In this document: positions 1-12,800 of the stretch, piece by piece | How the letters are laid out: every line of letters begins with the position of its first letter | Position numbering within the stretch: position 1 is the first letter of the stretch | Assembly (NCBI GenBank): GCA_951406725.2 | Contig: OX597824.1 | Span: 50,468,001 to 50,532,000, forward strand | Origin: Octopus vulgaris | Lineage: Eukaryota | DNA: 64,000 nt | Direction: 5' to 3' | The notes under the pieces: generated by a model | What the model was told of the DNA's origin: nothing | The model's database searches: none | The model's input: the letters and a program-made list of their open reading frames with translations, nothing else | Position numbers and translations under genes: made by a program

Positions 1-1559
1 ATCCTTTTTGCTAGATTGAAGGGGATATTCATCCTGGTGTGTCTGGGATGGCATGAATTGAATGGAAGATATTGCTTAGAGTCTGTAGGCTTATAGTATA
101 TGTCTGTTTCTATTATATTATTAGCTTTCTTAATGAGGATATCGAGGAAGGGGAGTTGTTGTTGGCTATATTCCATCGTGAATTGGATGTTTACGTCCAG
201 TCCGTTTAAAATTTTCTGGAATTCTATGAGTTTTTCTATATTTTTATGCCAAAGGATGAAACAGTCATCTAGATATCTCTTCCAGTTGTTTTCTATGTAG
301 ATGGAGAAAGGGCTGCCATATCTTTCTAGAACCTTACGATACAGACTGATCTCTAGGTATCCTATGACTAGGTTGGCAAAGGAGGGGGCCATTCGTGTAC
401 CCATCGCAGTCCCCGATTTTTGTCGGTAGAAGTTGTCATTGAAGGCGAAGAAGTTATTTTCCAGGATGAATTTAACCCCTTCTATCACAAATTCTTTTTT
501 GATGCGGTGTGGTAGTTCGTTGGCGTGATTCTCTAGCCAGAATTGGATTGCCTCTAGTCCTAAGTTGTGGGGGATATTGGAGTAGAGGTTGACTACATCG
601 AAGGATACCAGTATGGTGTTTTTGTTTATAGTATTCGGTAGGTGATTGAGCATATCTAAGTCGTCCCTTATATAGCTTTTGACATGTTTGAGGAGTGGTT
701 TTAACAGGGTGTCTAAAAAGTTACTGAGGCGGTGGGTTTCGCATGCGGGACCTGCTATTATGGGTCTCAATTTGAGGTCATTAGGATTAGGGACTTTAAT
801 TATTTTGTCTGTAGCTATCTTGCATGCGTTGCTTATTTTTTCACTTTTGTGGATCTTAGGTATACCGTAGAATTGGCTAGTTTTACTTGTGAAATTGGTC
901 ATATAATCATATTCTTTGTCGGTGAGCCCTGCTTTGTATGGGTTTAATATGGATTTTAGTTCCCTCATTATTTTTTGTTGACTGTAGTTTTGTGCCTTTT
1001 CATAGTATGTTGTGTCTTCCAGCATAGAAAGTACCAAAGTTATGTAAAATGTCGTATCCATTAAGACAACAGCACTCCCTTTATCGGCCTCTTTGATTGT
1101 TATTGTTTTATCTAGTTTTAATTTGTTCAACTCAGCCCATTCTTTTTTGCTGAAGTTTGGTTTGTGTTTTTGTTTGTGCATATGTTGATATGGGTAATTT
1201 GATATGTGGTCACAGAAATCATCAAGTGTTTTATTCTTACCTTTCGAGGGGGTGTAGTTACTCCTATTTCTGGCTAACGATTCGTCCTCGTTGTATTTAT
1301 CGTATAGCTCCTCAGTAAGTCTTAATTTTCTGCAGAATTCTGCGATGTCTTCTTTCATTTCATTGTAGTTGGGGTGTTGTGGGGTGGGTGTAAACTTGAG
1401 TCCTTTGGAAAGTATGTTTATTTGGTTTGCTGTTAGTTCCTTGTGAGTTAGATTAATAATTTTTATTACTTTTGGTTCCTCCTGCTTGTTTGGTGCTATC
1501 TTGTGTCTCTGTGTTTGCGTATTGGGTCTAAAAAATGAATGCGGTGGTTGGGACGGTAG
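1..1559 (-). CDS. Penelope-like element RT ORF, N-terminal part (runs off the window start)
   Basis: Segments translated by hand are in one frame: IINLTHKELTANQINILSKGLKFTP, KEADKGSAVV (DKG motif), QFYGIPKIHK, RPIIAGP, LVSFDVVNLYSNIP. Positions 1-601 are the reverse complement of 1612-2212. Confidence 0.9.
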
Positions 1560-1607
1560 CTAGTATATAGTTGTTCTTTGTTGATTAGGGGTCTCCTGTT
1601 GTGATTT

Positions 1608-3008
1608 GTGGTCGATGTAGTCAACCTCTACTCCAATATCCCCCACAACTTAGGACTAGAGGCAATCCAATTCTGGCTAGAGAATCACGCCAACGAACTA
1701 CCACACCGCATCAAAAAAGAATTTGTGATAGAAGGGGTTAAATTCATCCTGGAAAATAACTTCTTCGCCTTCAATGACAACTTCTACCGACAAAAATCGG
1801 GGACTGCGATGGGTACACGAATGGCCCCCTCCTTTGCCAACCTAGTCATAGGATACCTAGAGATCAGTCTGTATCGTAAGGTTCTAGAAAGATATGGCAG
1901 CCCTTTCTCCATCTACATAGAAAACAACTGGAAGAGATATCTAGATGACTGTTTCATCCTTTGGCATAAAAATATAGAAAAACTCATAGAATTCCAGAAA
2001 ATTTTAAACGGACTGGACGTAAACATCCAATTCACGATGGAATATAGCCAACAACAACTCCCCTTCCTCGATATCCTCATTAAGAAAGCTAATAATATAA
2101 TAGAAACAGACATATACTATAAGCCTACAGACTCTAAGCAATATCTTCCATTCAATTCATGCCATCCCAGACACACCAGGATGAATATCCCCTTCAATCT
2201 AGCAAAAAGGATATGCACTATAGTCTCTAACGCAAACACCAGAGACACACGACTACAAGAACTAAAAGATACCCTAATCACCAGGAACTATCCACCTTCA
2301 CTTATTGACAAGTGCATTCAACGTGCCCTTCAACTTAACATCAAGGAACTGAGACATCCCAAATCAAAGAAAAACTTACAACCAAAAGCCTTACCATACA
2401 TCTCCACACACAACCCTCTCAATAACGAAGCCTTCGACACCATCCTCCACAACATACCCCTCCTAAAAAAAGACCACAGAATGAACACAATCCTCCAAAC
2501 ACACACGATCATAAAAAGCAAAAGACAGCCTAGATCCATGAAAAGTCTCCTTACACAAGCCCGAATTCACTCTTCAACACAGAAGCCGACAGTAAAAAAA
2601 TGTGGAAGACCCAATTGCGGGATATGCGACTATCTAATCGAGGGTTCTGAGTTCTCCTTCAAACAGGGACAACGGTTTACAGTGAAAAGCAACTTCACAT
2701 GTGCTTCGGAGAACCTAATATACTCACTAACCTGCTCCGGGTGTCAAGAGCAGTACATAGGCCAAACAAAAAATGGTTTGCGTAAACGAATGGCCCTGCA
2801 CAGATCCCAGATAAAAATTCCCCAAAACAGAAAAATAGCTTTTAGCCAACACATAGATACTTGCGCCAACAAAAAAACACCAAACTTCAGAATTTTCCCC
2901 CTCTACCAATTTAGGGACGATACAACCTCGAGACAAAGAATAAGTAAAGAAAATCTCTTTATTACAAAATACAAGCCACTTCTTAACGGGTCTACGACAA
3001 ACAATTAA
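1608..3008 (+). CDS. Penelope-like element RT C-terminal half + Cys linker + GIY-YIG endonuclease (5'-truncated, inverted copy)
   Basis: Motifs GTAMGTRMAPSFANL, RYLDD, LPFLD, YYKPT, SCHP, KKCGRPNCGIC linker, IYSLTCSGCQEQYIGQT (GIY-YIG with CxxC), and E..I....P.LN end. The ORF is intact. Confidence 0.95.
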   Translation: MVDVVNLYSNIPHNLGLEAIQFWLENHANELPHRIKKEFVIEGVKFILENNFFAFNDNFYRQKSGTAMGTRMAPSFANLVIGYLEISLYRKVLERYGSPFSIYIENNWKRYLDDCFILWHKNIEKLIEFQKILNGLDVNIQFTMEYSQQQLPFLDILIKKANNIIETDIYYKPTDSKQYLPFNSCHPRHTRMNIPFNLAKRICTIVSNANTRDTRLQELKDTLITRNYPPSLIDKCIQRALQLNIKELRHPKSKKNLQPKALPYISTHNPLNNEAFDTILHNIPLLKKDHRMNTILQTHTIIKSKRQPRSMKSLLTQARIHSSTQKPTVKKCGRPNCGICDYLIEGSEFSFKQGQRFTVKSNFTCASENLIYSLTCSGCQEQYIGQTKNGLRKRMALHRSQIKIPQNRKIAFSQHIDTCANKKTPNFRIFPLYQFRDDTTSRQRISKENLFITKYKPLLNGSTTNN

Positions 3009-3816
3009 TATACCTCAACTTTAGAATAAAAGAAAAAAATATATATACACACACAAATACTACACTCCATAGAATCCATTACTAATCAGCCCCTTCATAG
3101 CTATATTTACACCCATTCATATTCTCCCTTCTCTGTTTTTTTCTTCTTCTTCTTCATCATCATCGTTATCATCATCATCGGCGTCATCATCATCACCACC
3201 ATCATCACCACCATCTTCTCCTTCTCCTCCTTCTTCTTCTTCTTCTTCTTCTTCATCATCATCGTTATCATCATCATCGTCGTCATAGTCATCACCACCA
3301 TCACCATCATCTTCTCTTCTTCTTCTTCTTCTTCTTCTTCTTCTTCTTCTTCTTCTTCTCCACCCCCTACCCCTTAAGTTTGTCACTAATGTTTTTTAGT
3401 ATAACACCTACGCTAATTCTATAAACAATCCTGAATTGAACTGAGACTGCCAGCCGCCACTGACCATTCAAAATACGACCATCAGGGCACTCCCAGATTC
3501 TCCCACCCCCTTTCCTCACCAGCCTTCCCTCTACTACCCTACCAAGAACTCACAACTACCTCGAACACACAAGTGCAAACAAGGGAGTCAGAGAAAGGCA
3601 GAATGCCACCTAAATCTGAACACTACTATAGAAATATTCTTTTAAAAAAACTTTTCTTCTAATTTTTCTAAATTTAATTATTTAATCGTTACAGTTGAAA
3701 AGGTCTCAAAATGACCGAAACCGGTACTGAAATGTTCACTATAAAATTATTTTAGCATTTTCTATTTTTTACTTGTTTTTTCATATATATCAACTCGTGT
3801 GTTCCTTTTCACCCTT

Positions 3817-3820
<4 letters not shown>
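3009..3820 (+). mobile_element. PLE 3' UTR / pseudo-LTR ending in (TA)n
   Basis: Follows the GIY-YIG stop and contains an HHR motif. 3630-3790 is homologous to 35840-35990. Confidence 0.7.
3689..3732 (+). ncRNA. Minimal type I hammerhead ribozyme (U3-A8 core variant)
   Basis: cag TTGAAAA ggtc-tcaaaat-gacc GAAA ccgg TA ctg: stems I and II pair, and stem III is palindromic as in PLE HHRs. Confidence 0.75.
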
Positions 3821-3859
<39 letters not shown>

Positions 3860-3864
<5 letters not shown>

Positions 3865-4040
3865 TCCAAAAAGAACAAACATAAAAATCAACAACGCGAG
3901 GACGTGGTACATGCTATGTATTAGCAGACGCTCAGGAGAGGAAAGAAAGATGGTTTAGCATTTCGAGTAGACGCTCTTCTTCGGAAACAGAGGAAAGTCC
4001 AATAGAAGGGTAGACGGAGGAAGAAAATTGCCAACAATTC
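3860..4040 (-). mobile_element. Short repeat with degenerate minimal HHR (family related to 39150-39330 and 52860-53070)
   Basis: Minus strand reads gttt CCGAAGA a gag-cgtcta-ctc GAAA tgc TA aac. Downstream ctgagcg..taatac is shared with the other copies. Confidence 0.5.
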
Positions 4041-4419
4041 ATGTCTTTACACACACACACACACACACACGCACGCGTACGCGCACTCACACACTTCATT
4101 TTAAATTATTAATGATGTAGCATTTTCATCTTATTTAAAACCTAGTCGTTGGAATTCAGTTTCACAGAATGATGGCAATAGTCACGTGGTGTGTAAAAGA
4201 CCTGAGGTTTTGTAGAACAACACAGAAACTACGGCCATTTACCAAATTTACGCAAACTTTCATTGTTTCAAATTATAAGCGATGTGTAATTAAAACCCAT
4301 GTAAGCAAGTAAATACTAGTTTAATTGTTTGATGTACATACTGAAATGAACATATGCAGTCATAAACATGGAATAGAAATAAATAAATAAACAGCGTTCA
4401 AAAATGTCAGGTGAGTTGG

Positions 4420-5347
4420 TTAATAAGGGATGTATGAGCCTTTGTTTGAAATAAGTTGGAAAAGGCGCTGGTCCATGGAACATGCTAGTTTCTGGATCTC
4501 CTCTGATGTTATACCATGGGATACATCCACTACTGCCTGCCACAGTCCATCATTGCTCCTAAAGTGGCATCCTTTCTTTTCAACACGTTGCTTTAGAATA
4601 CCACACAAGTTTTCTGTTCGGTTTAAGTCGGTGAAACAGGCAGGCCACTTCATCTTCTGAGGTCCATAGAAGCTTAATTGTTGCAGATAATCTGTAGTTT
4701 TCTTCGTTGAGTGCGAGGGCTCATTATCTTGAATGAATATTATGGTGTCTTTTTAAACCAAGATTCAAGGTGCTCACTCAGAAAGGCTATATAAGTATCC
4801 TCAGTCATTTTAATACCGCCAAGTACTTTCCAAGGACCAACTATAATACCTCCAATAATACCAGCCCAAATCATGATGCCTTCTCCCCCTTGTTGGCGTT
4901 TCAAGTGTTGATGACGATCACATCTATTTACAACTTATCCCTTGCTCTAACCATCAGGTCCATCATGAGTAGTACGAGTGTCATCAGTAAACAAAACTGC
5001 TCATTTCAGAATGTATGTGTATTTTGTTTGAAGGGGGCCTTTTAACTGATGTCACTGGTTTACCGACCTTTTTCAGAAGACGACATCGGATAGTTCTGGA
5101 CACAGTTATTTTCGCCAATGCTCTTGAAAGCTCTACACTTTGGTTCTATACAGCTTCATGATTAATTCAAGACAGAGAACGTTGAGAAACAGCCCTCTAC
5201 AGACCTTTGTAGGCTCTCTTACGTATCTTCGTAGAAGCTGTAACAAATTTTTCATAGTTTTGATGTTTCTAATGTTGATTTACCTTTTGAAAGTTCTGAA
5301 GTAATAACAGATTTCTCTATAGCAGTTAGGTCACATTTACGACCCAT
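4420..5347 (-). pseudogene. Tc1-like DDE transposase, decayed
   Basis: MGRKCDLTAIEK start, FTDD.R, IQDNEPSHS, and KWPACFTDLNRTENLCGILKQRV (WP..SPDLNPIENLW-like). Frameshifted. Confidence 0.8.
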
Positions 5348-5624
5348 AATTACACGATATCAGACCACTAGTTAATAATTTACAGTGTATATCACTGTAT
5401 TACTGTCTCAACCAAACAATCGGATGTTGTTAAAAACCACTGGCCAGAAGGCACTTCCAATTCTTCCTTGATTGTGCCCTCCTCTTCTATCGTGGCCCAA
5501 ATCCTTTACCAACATTTGACTAAGGACATGCGTTGGTCGCCGGTCTCGTCAGACAGCCTACGTATGCGGGTGGATATGTTTGCATGTCTGATACTTGTGT
5601 ATTGTGTGTACTATACACACGTCC

Positions 5625-5728
<104 letters not shown>

Positions 5729-6050
5729 GTCTGCCTGTCTGCATATCTGTTTAACTGTCACCCTCCCTCTTTCTCACACATATACAATTACGTACAAACA
5801 TACATACATGCATGCATATGTATATACGTACAAACATACATACATGCATGCATATGTATATACGTATATACATACAAATATATAAATTAAATACTTAGAT
5901 TGCAGGATAAATAGATAAATTGTATATGCATTTGTATACAGAATATATACATACTTGCTCTCACACACACGTATGTGTCTATATCTATATCTATCTCGAT
6001 ATGTACATATTAAATTTGATCAAATAAGAAAAGTGAAGCGAGATAATGAA

Positions 6051-6400
6051 TATTGTTATAGTTCGAAATGACCACTTATTTTTCTAAATAAACACAAGCA
6101 CTATATATTCGTCTGTCACTTTAGACGTATTATTCTTCTTGTTTTATGTCCTATGTCTAGAAATCTTTCGCCGCACATCCTGTAACCTCTTCAGTGGCTT
6201 TCCAGCCCACGTGTCTCGAATAGAACAGGGGGAGACACGTAGGACTGAGAGTCACTGAAGAGGTCGTAGGATGTGTGTCAAAAGATTTCCAGATAAACGA
6301 CAACAGGAGCGATAATAAATCTCAAGTGAAAAACGAATATATAGTGCGTGTGTTTATTTGGCAGAAAAACAAAAAGTGACCATCTCGAAATGTAACAATA
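6051..6400. repeat. ~350-bp imperfect fold-back element with a decayed HHR core on both arms
   Basis: Arms match, e.g. taaacacaagcactatatattcgt / acgaatatatagtgcgtgtgttta. Centre acgtgtctc..gagacacgt. Minus strand reads CTGAAGA..GAAA gatt TC. Confidence 0.75.
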
Positions 6401-6839
6401 TATGTTTCAACACACGATTTCACATCAGGAATCTTGCAAAACAAATACATAAAACTAAAGACAATAAATATTTTCTCATCCCCTCACTTCACTTGTGCCC
6501 ATTATCTTATTTGATTAAGTTTTATACATACCCTCCTCCATTGTGATTCTTGAATTTTCAGAAGGTTACCTCCTAGCATCATCCACGGTTTTTCTTGATA
6601 GCCACGTGAGTGCTATTTGATTCTTTGTATCAATCGTCGATCAACGATATAACTACAGATGTTTCTATGAACCACAAGTCCACATATATCAGTTTGGTGC
6701 AAAAATAATGTCTGATTTAAAGATCTAAGGTAAAAATTAATAACCCAATGACTATGGAAATATTTATTCATTAACATACTCTCCATTGCTTTCAATGACC
6801 TCATTCCATCTTTCAACAACCTTATAAATGCCTCGCTTG

Positions 6840-7470
6840 TAAAATTCTATAGGATTAGAACCAAAATATGAATCTAACTAATTTTCAGTCTCTTCTCTTG
6901 TTGTTAACCTAAGTTCATCAAAATGGCTCTGTAGTCCTCGAACAAATGGTAATCAGAAGGAGCAAGGTCAGGATAATATTGAGGATGAGGCAGTATTTCC
7001 CAACCAAGTTGTGTGTGAGGACGAGCATTATCGTGATGGAAGATGACACCATTTCTATTAACCAAGGATGCTTGCTTTTGGTTCAGAACTGTTTTCAAAC
7101 GACGAAGTTGCTCACAGTAAAGATTGGCATTTATTGTTTGGTTGTTGTCCAAAAGTTCATAATGCATTACTCCTTTAATATCCCACCATGCACTCAACAT
7201 GATCATCTTTGGATGAAGTCCTACTCTCGGTTGTTGAACTGGCCATCCCCACACGACTGATCCAAGAACAGCGGTGTTCAACATTATGGTAAAGAATCCA
7301 CTTCTCATCACCTGTAACAAGCCTGTCTAAAAATGTTGCTTGAAAGTGTCGCGAAAGCTATGATTGATAACAAGCAGCACGCTGCTGTCGATTCTCTGGA
7401 GACAGCTCGTGAGGGACCCATTTTCCAGCCACTGAAACCATTCCAATGTCTTTTAACTTGCGTACTACGG
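6840..7470 (-). pseudogene. mariner (DD34D) transposase, decayed
   Basis: LHPKMIMLSAWWDIKGVMHYELL, FHHDNARPH, LPHPQYYPDLAPSDYHLF. Confidence 0.9.
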
Positions 7471-7484
7471 TTGTATGGGCCACG

Positions 7485-7548
<64 letters not shown>

Positions 7549-8492
7549 GAAGAGAGAGAGAAAAAGATATGACACTATGACGCGTCCAAAGTGCCGCAGT
7601 ATGGATCCAATTCCAGATCTGTCGGGAAGGTACGTTTTAAATGATTTAAGTTATTTTTGTGCTTACTATTAGCGCGGGCCAGTACTAAGTTAGCAGGCCT
7701 ATGAGAAATATATTTTAACCGTGGCCATCTCATCGCTTATTCAGGACTACATTGTCCAATACGTGTTTTACAATTTTAAGATGGTATGGTATTAATTTGA
7801 GATAGACTTGGGTACCTGCTTGGCTATGAGACTGATCGTGCAGTGCTGAGCCTTGGACAATTGTCGTCTTCATTAATGTCCGGATGACATTAATTCCACC
7901 ATGTTGGTGGAATTAGGAAAATAGAATCTGTGCTGAAGTATATGTAAATAATTTCCAGATTGCCAATACAGCTTGGCCTCTGAATAAATAAATGTACTTA
8001 ATCATATTTATGATGTTACATGACTGTTAGTAGATTTAGTCCCATAAGATGTCTAGGTATCAACAGTATTAATTAGAGAATCTGGCAAAAACATGGTCTT
8101 TACTATTTAGTAATAACGGCAGGAAATCTTTACTTCAAGGACTAAGTGAAGACATATGATATATATCATCACTCAAGTCCTACCGTACAGCAATATATAA
8201 TACGAGCTTTAAAATCACAGTGTTTCGGGACTAATCTCTCTGCACTACTCATCGTGCAAATATCTTTTAACTGTAGTCGGGGTTATATCAAAACCCCGAA
8301 TAGAGTAACAGTCCGGGTTGTGAAAATAACAGGCAATGAAAAACATTCCACATTAATATAAGAATTAGGGTTGAAGAAAATCAATTAGGACACTTGAAGG
8401 TGAGGCGCAAGAGTGGTTACGAACTTCTTATTAAATATGTATGCATTCACACACAAACGGTCACACATCCACATACAGGTATACACACAAAC

Positions 8493-8545
<53 letters not shown>

Positions 8546-8801
8546 AACATGCATTCACACACATTCAAAGCCGATGATTCACTTAGAGTAATGCGCTATG
8601 AGCAGTCAACGAAGTTAGTCTGATTAGCGACACATAAAATAATCAAATTCGGACAAATAAATAAACTCTACTGCATTAAATGAGTCTGTGTGTAGATATG
8701 TATATATGCATATTTATATAAATACACAACCACATACACGCATACACACACGCATAGAGGCATAACTACAACTATATGTGTGTGTGTGTGTGTGTGTGTC
8801 T

Positions 8802-8836
<35 letters not shown>

Positions 8837-8960
8837 GTCAGCTCAGTTCAAATTTAGATTGGCGTGTAAAATTGCAGCTGGAAATCACAAAGATATCAAC
8901 TACAGAAGTCATATAAAATGAAAATAAAATGAAATATATTGATGAATGTTCTATGTAAGC

Positions 8961-9002
<42 letters not shown>

Positions 9003-11399
9003 ATATTTATGCATATATATAAATATGTATATATATATATATGCATATATATAAATATGTATATATATATGTGCATATATATATAAGTGCATATACATAT
9101 ATATACGTATATATTACATATATATATATACATATACACACATATATTTAAATTTATATGTATGTATATCTATATACAAAGATACACACATACAGAGACA
9201 CAACACACCACACACTCACACACACACACACACTCATGCACACATATGCTTGCACACAACATGAATAGATTTAATTTTATTTTCATTTTATATGACAACC
9301 GTACTTGATATGTTTGTGATTTCCAGCTCAAATTGTACATATGCACACACACTTATACAGACATAAATACATACATACACACACATACATACATACATGC
9401 ATACATACATACATGCATATATATATATAAATATATATGCATATATTTATAAATTAGTATACTTATACATATATATATATATATATACATATATACATAC
9501 ATACATACAAATACACACATATCTCTCTCCCTCCTCTCTCCCTATGTGTGTGTATGTGTGTGTGTGTGTGTGTATGTATAACGAATCAAACAACACAATA
9601 AAATAATATATAAAATCTTGAAATTTAAAAATCAACATTTATGATGCTATTTTAACGAAACACGGTAAAAAACAGAGAAAGAAATCAAAAACCGGAGATA
9701 AATAGCAACAAACAAATTATGAACTCGAAATGTGAAGATGCAGCGTCGGGGGCGGCGGCGGCGGTGGACGTGTCTCTTTGTCAGTAAACTTCAAGCTGTT
9801 CTCTTCGTTTCAGTCAGTTTTAATTTGGTATATCACACCCATACCTCTTCCCGCCAAAACCATATCAACAAAATATATTTGTAAAAAACACAAAAACTTA
9901 CGTTTCAGTAGCCATATTGTCAATATTGATCTGCTTCTCATTGGTTAGCTGTTAACATGCCTTAAAAAATATATACATACGTGTGTATATATAATGAAAT
10001 GCATTTGTTTTTCGTTTTTCATGTATTTTTTCCTCTTCGTTCACTTTTAGCTTCATTTTAATGACTTATGCTGTGCTTTTTCATCAAAGCAATAATATAT
10101 ATACTTGTGTGCATGTGTGTATGTATTATTTTATGCGTTGTGCCTGCGCACATGCGTGTGTATGTGTGTAAGATAGTGTGTGTTTGTGTCTGTGTATTAT
10201 TTGTCTGTGTGTACTTATGCTGTGCTTTTTCATTCAAGTAACAAACGTGCACATATCTATAATATATGTATATATATAAATATATATATATGTATATATA
10301 AATATATAAATCAATGTATGTATATCTATCTATCTATATATATATATAAATATATACATACATACATAGATGTATATATGAGACGAAGTGCAGCTTTATA
10401 TGGGCTTACATGCTTATAAATATATAAATATATATTTTTATATGCATGTACTTAAATGTAACGTGTGTATATATATATATATGAATATGTAAATGCATAC
10501 ATATATATATAGATACATTTCATACATTTTGTGTGTGTGTGAGTGTGTAGGTGTGTGTGTATATGTGTGTTCGAGTGTGCGTGTGTATGCGTAAAGGATT
10601 GCATTCATGAAATATCTGTTCGTGTCATCATGTGCTATGTACTTAGAATATATATATATGCATACACATACATAAACTGGCACTGTGACACATATATACA
10701 CCCTCAGACAGATTGAACGCACGATACACACGCACACACGCGCCCGTACAAACATGGATGTGTCTTCATTAGATGTATTAGATGTATTCATCAGATATGG
10801 TAGAGCTTAATGATTAAATCTAAGCTGTAGTTACATAATGACAGTACGAAAAACTTGGAATAACGTGAAAGTAAAAGGAAAACGTCATGTCTGTGTGTGT
10901 GGCCAGGAACAAAGAACAGATTACCAAAAACAGAAAAAAAACAAAAAAAAAACAAAGAACGGGATAAGTTCACAATCAATGGTATTAGTTTGATGCACAA
11001 GGGAAGGGAAAGAGTCAATTATTGTAACGTTTCGGACATTGTTCTTCTTCGGATAGTGGGAAAAGATAAGGAATGCCAAGGGGCAACTAGAAAAGGAAGA
11101 AATAAGAGAAAAAAGTGAATAAACATATGTGGCCGCCATCTAACTGGAAAGAATGCATGTATGTCTTTATATATATATATCTTTATATATGTATATATAT
11201 ATCTATACATGTATGTTCTATTCTATTTTTCATAATTTGCAGAATTTTTGTATGCAAACATTTGGTTTCTAACAAAGATGTAAAATTCTATCGCTGGAAT
11301 GTAGACAACCAAAGCAAATTCACTGTTTAATTTCTTGCATAATTTTACTATTCGCTTATAGATTGTATTTGTAATGCTGAAGTTAGCTGTTTCATTCCT

Positions 11400-11900
11400 T
11401 TTCTTGAAAACTCTTTCATATCTAGATTGTCACTCATTCACACAACCAATGCACCATTTAGTATTGGTGTAAACGAGAAATTATTATAGTTAGAGAAGCT
11501 GGGGGCTTCCATACAGTTGTCTGTAGTCACTTTCTCTTTTATTTTCGAAAAGATATTCATATGAGTTGAGCAACTGATTTCAACGAGGGTACATACTTTT
11601 TTTGATGTCCCAAACAACAATATCAGGTTGGCTAGTCTGCACCTGACAGATGTTCTGATGGGATTGTTTCACCTGGATTCCTTGTGATTATGTTTATGTG
11701 TACATTCAATAACAGTGGGATGGCATCTCTATGATTATTCCAAGACAAGATTTTATTTTTCGGGTGGCATAGTATATCGTTTTACAGAGAATTTCACGTC
11801 GCAGACAGAGGCAGAACTTTGATGACATTTTTGAGCAGCTGCGGTTCCCATGTGCAAAGACATCCTCAGAATTGTGAAATAATCCATATTTTGGGTTGAA
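11400..11900 (-). pseudogene. Relic of an RLE-type non-LTR element C-terminus (R4/R2 superfamily)
   Basis: Frameshifted remnants EDVFAH..SCSKMSS, PDIVVWD, KKVCTLVEISC..NI..KIKEK. Confidence 0.5.
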
Positions 11901-12101
11901 TATTGGGGCTCCAAGGGCTTCACTCGCTTCGTTGTTTATTACGTATTGTGTAGCAAACTCCTGTTCTTGGATTGCAAATGTATGGCTTTCGAAGTGTTAT
12001 GTGATGTAGCGGTCGCAAGTCTAAGTGAAGCTGTACGTACGTATATATATATGCATGTATGTATATATGTATGTACGAACCCACATATGTGTGCACTTGT
12101 G

Positions 12102-12223
<122 letters not shown>

Positions 12224-12327
12224 CATATATATATGGCAGAATCGTTAGCACGCCGGGTGAAATGTTTGCAGCATATCGTACGTCTTACCTTCTGAGTTAA
12301 AATTCCGCCGAGGTCGACAAAAAAAGT

Positions 12328-12636
12328 GGAGGCGCAATGGCCCAGTGGTTAAGGCAGCGGACTCGCGGTCGTAGGATCGCGGCTTCGATTCCCAGACCGG
12401 GCGTTGTGAGTGTTTATTGAGCGAAACACCTAAAGCTCCACGAGGCTCCGGCAGGGGTGGTGGGGATCCCTGCAGTACTCTCTTGTTTCAACTTTCTCTC
12501 ACTCTTTCTCCTGTTGGCCTGCTCGCTTAGCCAGCGGGGTGGCGTCATTTGAAGGCTAAAACAATGCGAATCGCATTGTGACCAGCGATGTGTAGCAACA
12601 TCTGATAGCCTGGTCGGTCACGGTGATCACGGTGAT
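12328..12636 (+). mobile_element. tRNA-derived SINE
   Basis: A box TGGCCCAGTGG, B-box-like GCTTCGATTCC, ~300-nt body and short tandem tail (cacggtgat)x2. It directly follows a truncated SINE of another family (12234-12320). Confidence 0.8.
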
Positions 12637-12738
12637 ATATATGTATATATATATATAAAATTAAATGCACAACCGAAAGAACTACTAATAGTTTCATGCT
12701 ATCACGATATTTAAACAGGCATATTTATGAAATATGGC

Positions 12739-12800
<62 letters not shown>

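Noticed and set aside
100-300. Duplicate 66-aa ORFs at 100-300 and 1913-2113
   Set aside because: Antisense shadows of the PLE RT, explained by the inversion.
8210-8262. Minus-strand ACGATGA..GAAA cactg TG hammerhead-like string
   Set aside because: The core and cleavage triplet are both wrong and the stems are poor, so at most a heavily decayed relic.
12328-12402. Possible tRNA gene
   Set aside because: No proper acceptor stem or terminator, and it continues into a SINE body.
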